Assembly (NCBI GenBank): GCA_949288455.1
Contig: CASEKF010000033.1
Span: 1,244-65,243 of the forward strand
Direction of reading: 5' to 3'
DNA length: 64,000 bases
Source of the DNA: an uncultured bacterium
Lineage (GTDB): Bacteria; Vulcanimicrobiota; CADAWZ01
Shown: piece by piece, positions 61,029 through 64,000 of the stretch
How positions within the stretch are numbered: the first letter of the stretch is position 1
How the letters are laid out: each line of letters opens with the position of its first letter
The notes under the pieces: generated by a model
What the model was told of the DNA's origin: nothing
Seen by the model: only the letters and a program-made list of their open reading frames with translations
The model's database searches: none
Program-made: the position numbers and the translations under genes

Positions 61029-61237
61029 AATAAAAACCATAATAAAAAGCTTATCCGCGGCGACTAAGCGAAAATATCGGTTCAGGTCGAAGATATTTTA
61101 TGTCAAACAATGCGGAATGTAAAAAAATAAAGAATAATTCAAGCCGGATTATGGAACATTTCCGGTTCTGTGGCCGGGTGCGTCCGGTTTTTTTTATGTT
61201 TTAACAGACAATCAAAATACGAGAGGTGTATTAAATT

Positions 61238-62608
61238 ATGAAGGTTGATATGACCAAAGGCGAAAAAAGCACATGCACGCTTAAAGTAACGGTAGACGTT
61301 CAGGAGATTCAAAACGTCACTGAAAAAGCAATAACTTCGGCCATAAAGCATGTAACCGTACCGGGATTCAGGAAAGGGAAAGCTCCTCGTAAATTAGCCG
61401 AAAGGGCGATAGAACCGACATTTCTCAGAACTAAAGTAATGGAAAATATAATAACCGAAACGTTGCCTAAAGCTCTTAAAGAGCAGGATGTCAACGCTAT
61501 ATCTAAACCTGAGATAGACATCAAGAGTTATGATCTTCAAAAAGAATTTTCATACGACGCCACGTTTGATTTATATCCGGAACTGGATATAAAAGACGAA
61601 GATTACAAAAATCTTAAACTTGAAGTCGAAAGCGACGATATAAAAGACGCTGCCGTACAGAAAGCCGTAGATTTTTTACGGGAACAAGCCGCGATATATT
61701 CTCCGATAGAAGAAGACAGAGGTCTTGTAGAAGGCGATTACGCTCTAGTAGATTTCGAATGTCTCCACAACGGCAAAAAAGTTAAAGAAGGAAGCGTTAA
61801 AAATTATTCGATGTACGTAAACGAAGCCGGATTTGTTCCCGGTTTCGTCGCGAATATACTGGGGGCTAAAAAAGGCGAATCAAAAGAATTCGACATAAAA
61901 TTCCCGGACGATTATCCTTCTTCCTTAAAAGGCAAGGAAGTTACGTTTAAATTCAAACTTCATGAAATTAGAACTAAAACTCTTCCGGAGCTTAACGACG
62001 AATTTGCGAAAGAAGTTTCCGAGTATGATACATACGAAGAAATGCTCAACGACATAAACAGAAGAATGGAAGAAAATTCTAAGGAACGGACAATGACCAA
62101 CGCGAAAAACGCGGCCGGAGACAAGTTGGCTGAAACTATCAAAGTGGATCTTCCCGAAACTCTGATTGAAGAAGAGCTGAATATTATTTTAAATAGAATG
62201 GCAGAATCGTATACTCGCCAAGGAATAGACGTATTCAAAAATATATCTAAAGAAGATATACGTAAAATCGCCGAAACAAGGCGCCCCGAAGCGGAAAAAT
62301 ACGCGACCGTCAACGTAATACTGCACAGCATCATCAAGAAAGAGGGAATACAAACCTCCGAAGAAGAAATAGAAGAAAAAATAAAGTCTATAGTAGGCTC
62401 AATGGCGAAGGACGTAAGAAAATTTAAAAACGACCTTATTAAGTCGGGAAGAATCGCTAGAATCAAAGAGGCCGTACTAATAGACAAGGCCCTAAAATTC
62501 GTAGTAGATAACGCGGACGTGACGTATATTACAAAGCGCGTAAACGAAGAAGAAAAGCAAGAAGCCTCCGAGCAGGAAGCCGAGACAAGCGACGCCGCCG
62601 AAGCGTAA
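61238..62608 (+). CDS. tig: Trigger factor
   Basis: 456 aa with the FKBP-type PPIase middle domain and ribosome-binding N-terminal motif (GFRKGKAP). Lies upstream of clpP. Confidence 0.9.
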   Translation: MKVDMTKGEKSTCTLKVTVDVQEIQNVTEKAITSAIKHVTVPGFRKGKAPRKLAERAIEPTFLRTKVMENIITETLPKALKEQDVNAISKPEIDIKSYDLQKEFSYDATFDLYPELDIKDEDYKNLKLEVESDDIKDAAVQKAVDFLREQAAIYSPIEEDRGLVEGDYALVDFECLHNGKKVKEGSVKNYSMYVNEAGFVPGFVANILGAKKGESKEFDIKFPDDYPSSLKGKEVTFKFKLHEIRTKTLPELNDEFAKEVSEYDTYEEMLNDINRRMEENSKERTMTNAKNAAGDKLAETIKVDLPETLIEEELNIILNRMAESYTRQGIDVFKNISKEDIRKIAETRRPEAEKYATVNVILHSIIKKEGIQTSEEEIEEKIKSIVGSMAKDVRKFKNDLIKSGRIARIKEAVLIDKALKFVVDNADVTYITKRVNEEEKQEASEQEAETSDAAEA

Positions 62609-62728
62609 TATTTTAAAACGGGCGCTCACGGCAAGGACATCTTTCTTACCGCAGCTTTACGCCGATAAATAAAGCGTAAGAGGCAAAAAGCGAAGGTCAG
62701 CATAAAAAAAGACAGGAGACAAAGCAAT

Positions 62729-63340
62729 ATGGCTACAGACATGAGAATGCAGCATCTTATTCCCATAGTCGTCGAGCAAACGGCAAGAGGCGAAAGATCC
62801 TATGATATTTACTCCAGGCTGTTAAAGAATAGAATAATTTTTCTTGGAGACGAAATCGAAGATTATTTGGCAAACCTTATAATAGCTCAGCTTCTTTTTC
62901 TTGAACAGGAAGATCCGGATAAAGATATAGATCTCTACATAAACAGTCCCGGAGGTTCGGTAACTGCGGGCATGGCAATATACGACTGTATGCAGCTCAT
63001 AAAACCGGACGTATCCACGATATGCTTGGGAATGGCCGCCAGCGCCGCCGCTCTGCTTTTATGTTCCGGAGCTCCCGGCAAGAGATTTTCTCTTCCATAC
63101 TCGCGCATCCTTATACATCAGCCTTGGATAAAGGGTATCGGCGGACAGGCTACCGACGTAGATATACATGCAAGAGAAATAATAAAAACTAAGGCGACTT
63201 TAAACGATATTATATCTCGTCATACCGGACAGCCATTAGAAAAAGTCGCTAAAGATACCGAACGCGATTATTATATGTCTTCGGCAGAAGCGGTAGAGTA
63301 CGGAATAATCGACAAAGTAATAACAAAAGAAAGTCGATAA
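62729..63340 (+). CDS. clpP: ATP-dependent Clp protease proteolytic subunit
   Basis: Catalytic Ser in GMAAS and His in HQP. 203 aa. Confidence 0.9.
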   Translation: MATDMRMQHLIPIVVEQTARGERSYDIYSRLLKNRIIFLGDEIEDYLANLIIAQLLFLEQEDPDKDIDLYINSPGGSVTAGMAIYDCMQLIKPDVSTICLGMAASAAALLLCSGAPGKRFSLPYSRILIHQPWIKGIGGQATDVDIHAREIIKTKATLNDIISRHTGQPLEKVAKDTERDYYMSSAEAVEYGIIDKVITKESR

Positions 63341-63371
63341 CGCAGCGACGTTTCGCAGCTTAAGGAGTTTT

Positions 63372-64000
63372 ATGTATCTTTTTGGAGACGATAGCAGCTT
63401 CCACAGATGTTCGTTTTGCGGCAAGCCCCAAGATCAAACGTTTAAGATGATCGCCGGTCCGGTCGGAATTAATATATGCGCGGAATGCGTAGATTTATGC
63501 AACGAGCTGATAGAGGAAGATTTACTAAGGAAGAAAACGAATAAACAAAGTTCGGCATTACTTAAACCGGCGGAAATCAACAAAATCTTAAACGACTATA
63601 TTATTGGACAGGACAAAGCGAAAAAGATTTTGTCAGTCGCGGTTTATAATCATTATAAACGAATTAACTATTTAGAAAAAAACGGGAAACAGGATCCTTC
63701 AAACGAAGTGGAGCTTCAAAAAAGCAACGTTTTGATGATAGGTCCCACCGGCAGCGGAAAGACGTACCTCGCTCAAACGTTGGCTAAAATTTTAAACGTC
63801 CCTATCGCCATAGCGGACGCAACTTCTCTTACGGAAGCCGGATATGTGGGAGAAGACGTAGAAAATATACTTCTAAAACTGATTCAAAACGCCGATTATG
63901 ATATCAGAAAAGCGGAACGTGGGATTATCTATATCGACGAGATAGATAAAATTTCGCGAAAAAGCGATAATCCTTCTATAACCAGAGACGTATCCGGAGA
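63372..64000 (+). CDS. clpX: ATP-dependent Clp protease ATP-binding subunit ClpX (5' part, runs off the window)
   Basis: N-terminal C4 zinc finger (CSFCGK...CAEC), LIGQD, Walker A GPTGSGKT. Not listed in the ORF track because it is open-ended. Confidence 0.9.
   Translation, partial: MYLFGDDSSFHRCSFCGKPQDQTFKMIAGPVGINICAECVDLCNELIEEDLLRKKTNKQSSALLKPAEINKILNDYIIGQDKAKKILSVAVYNHYKRINYLEKNGKQDPSNEVELQKSNVLMIGPTGSGKTYLAQTLAKILNVPIAIADATSLTEAGYVGEDVENILLKLIQNADYDIRKAERGIIYIDEIDKISRKSDNPSITRDVSG

Noticed and set aside
60822-61040. 72-aa minus-strand ORF in the tRNA–tig spacer
   Set aside because: It has no RBS, runs antisense to terminator hairpins, and overlaps a likely non-coding structured region.

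Overview
This is a 64-kb chromosomal segment from a low-GC bacterium (AT-rich codon usage, roughly 40% GC by eye). The lineage cannot be assigned from sequence alone. Conserved housekeeping genes are present: secD-secF, tgt, def-fmt, rlmN, upp, gmhA, priA, fusA-like, a seven-tRNA cluster and tig-clpP-clpX. They are interspersed with less ordinary modules.

The standout is an uninterrupted, tightly packed same-strand block of about 20 kb on the minus strand (39669-59593). It encodes a PUFA-synthase PfaC/Pfa3-like multidomain enzyme (KS-CLF-AT-DH-DH), a complete oleABCD head-to-head olefin cluster, an Sfp-type phosphopantetheinyl transferase, a 1614-aa polytopic membrane protein with an alpha-macroglobulin/alpha-alpha-toroid-like ectodomain, and an HcnABC/sarcosine-oxidase-like Fe-S flavoprotein pair. 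Several of these genes overlap by 4 nt, so the block is probably a single operon.

Other notable items are: a DUF2760-like gene followed by two atypical Hsp70-family ATPases, next to a giant TPR Ser/Thr kinase; an EF-G paralog whose switch-II catalytic His is replaced by Phe, preceded by an unannotated 56-aa Cys4 mini-protein; an oversized SecF with a polybasic tail; a xanthine-dehydrogenase-family Mo enzyme co-operonic with a thiolase; and a perfect consensus sigma70 promoter driving the tRNA cluster.

No CRISPR arrays, rRNA genes, IS elements or prophage genes were recognised.
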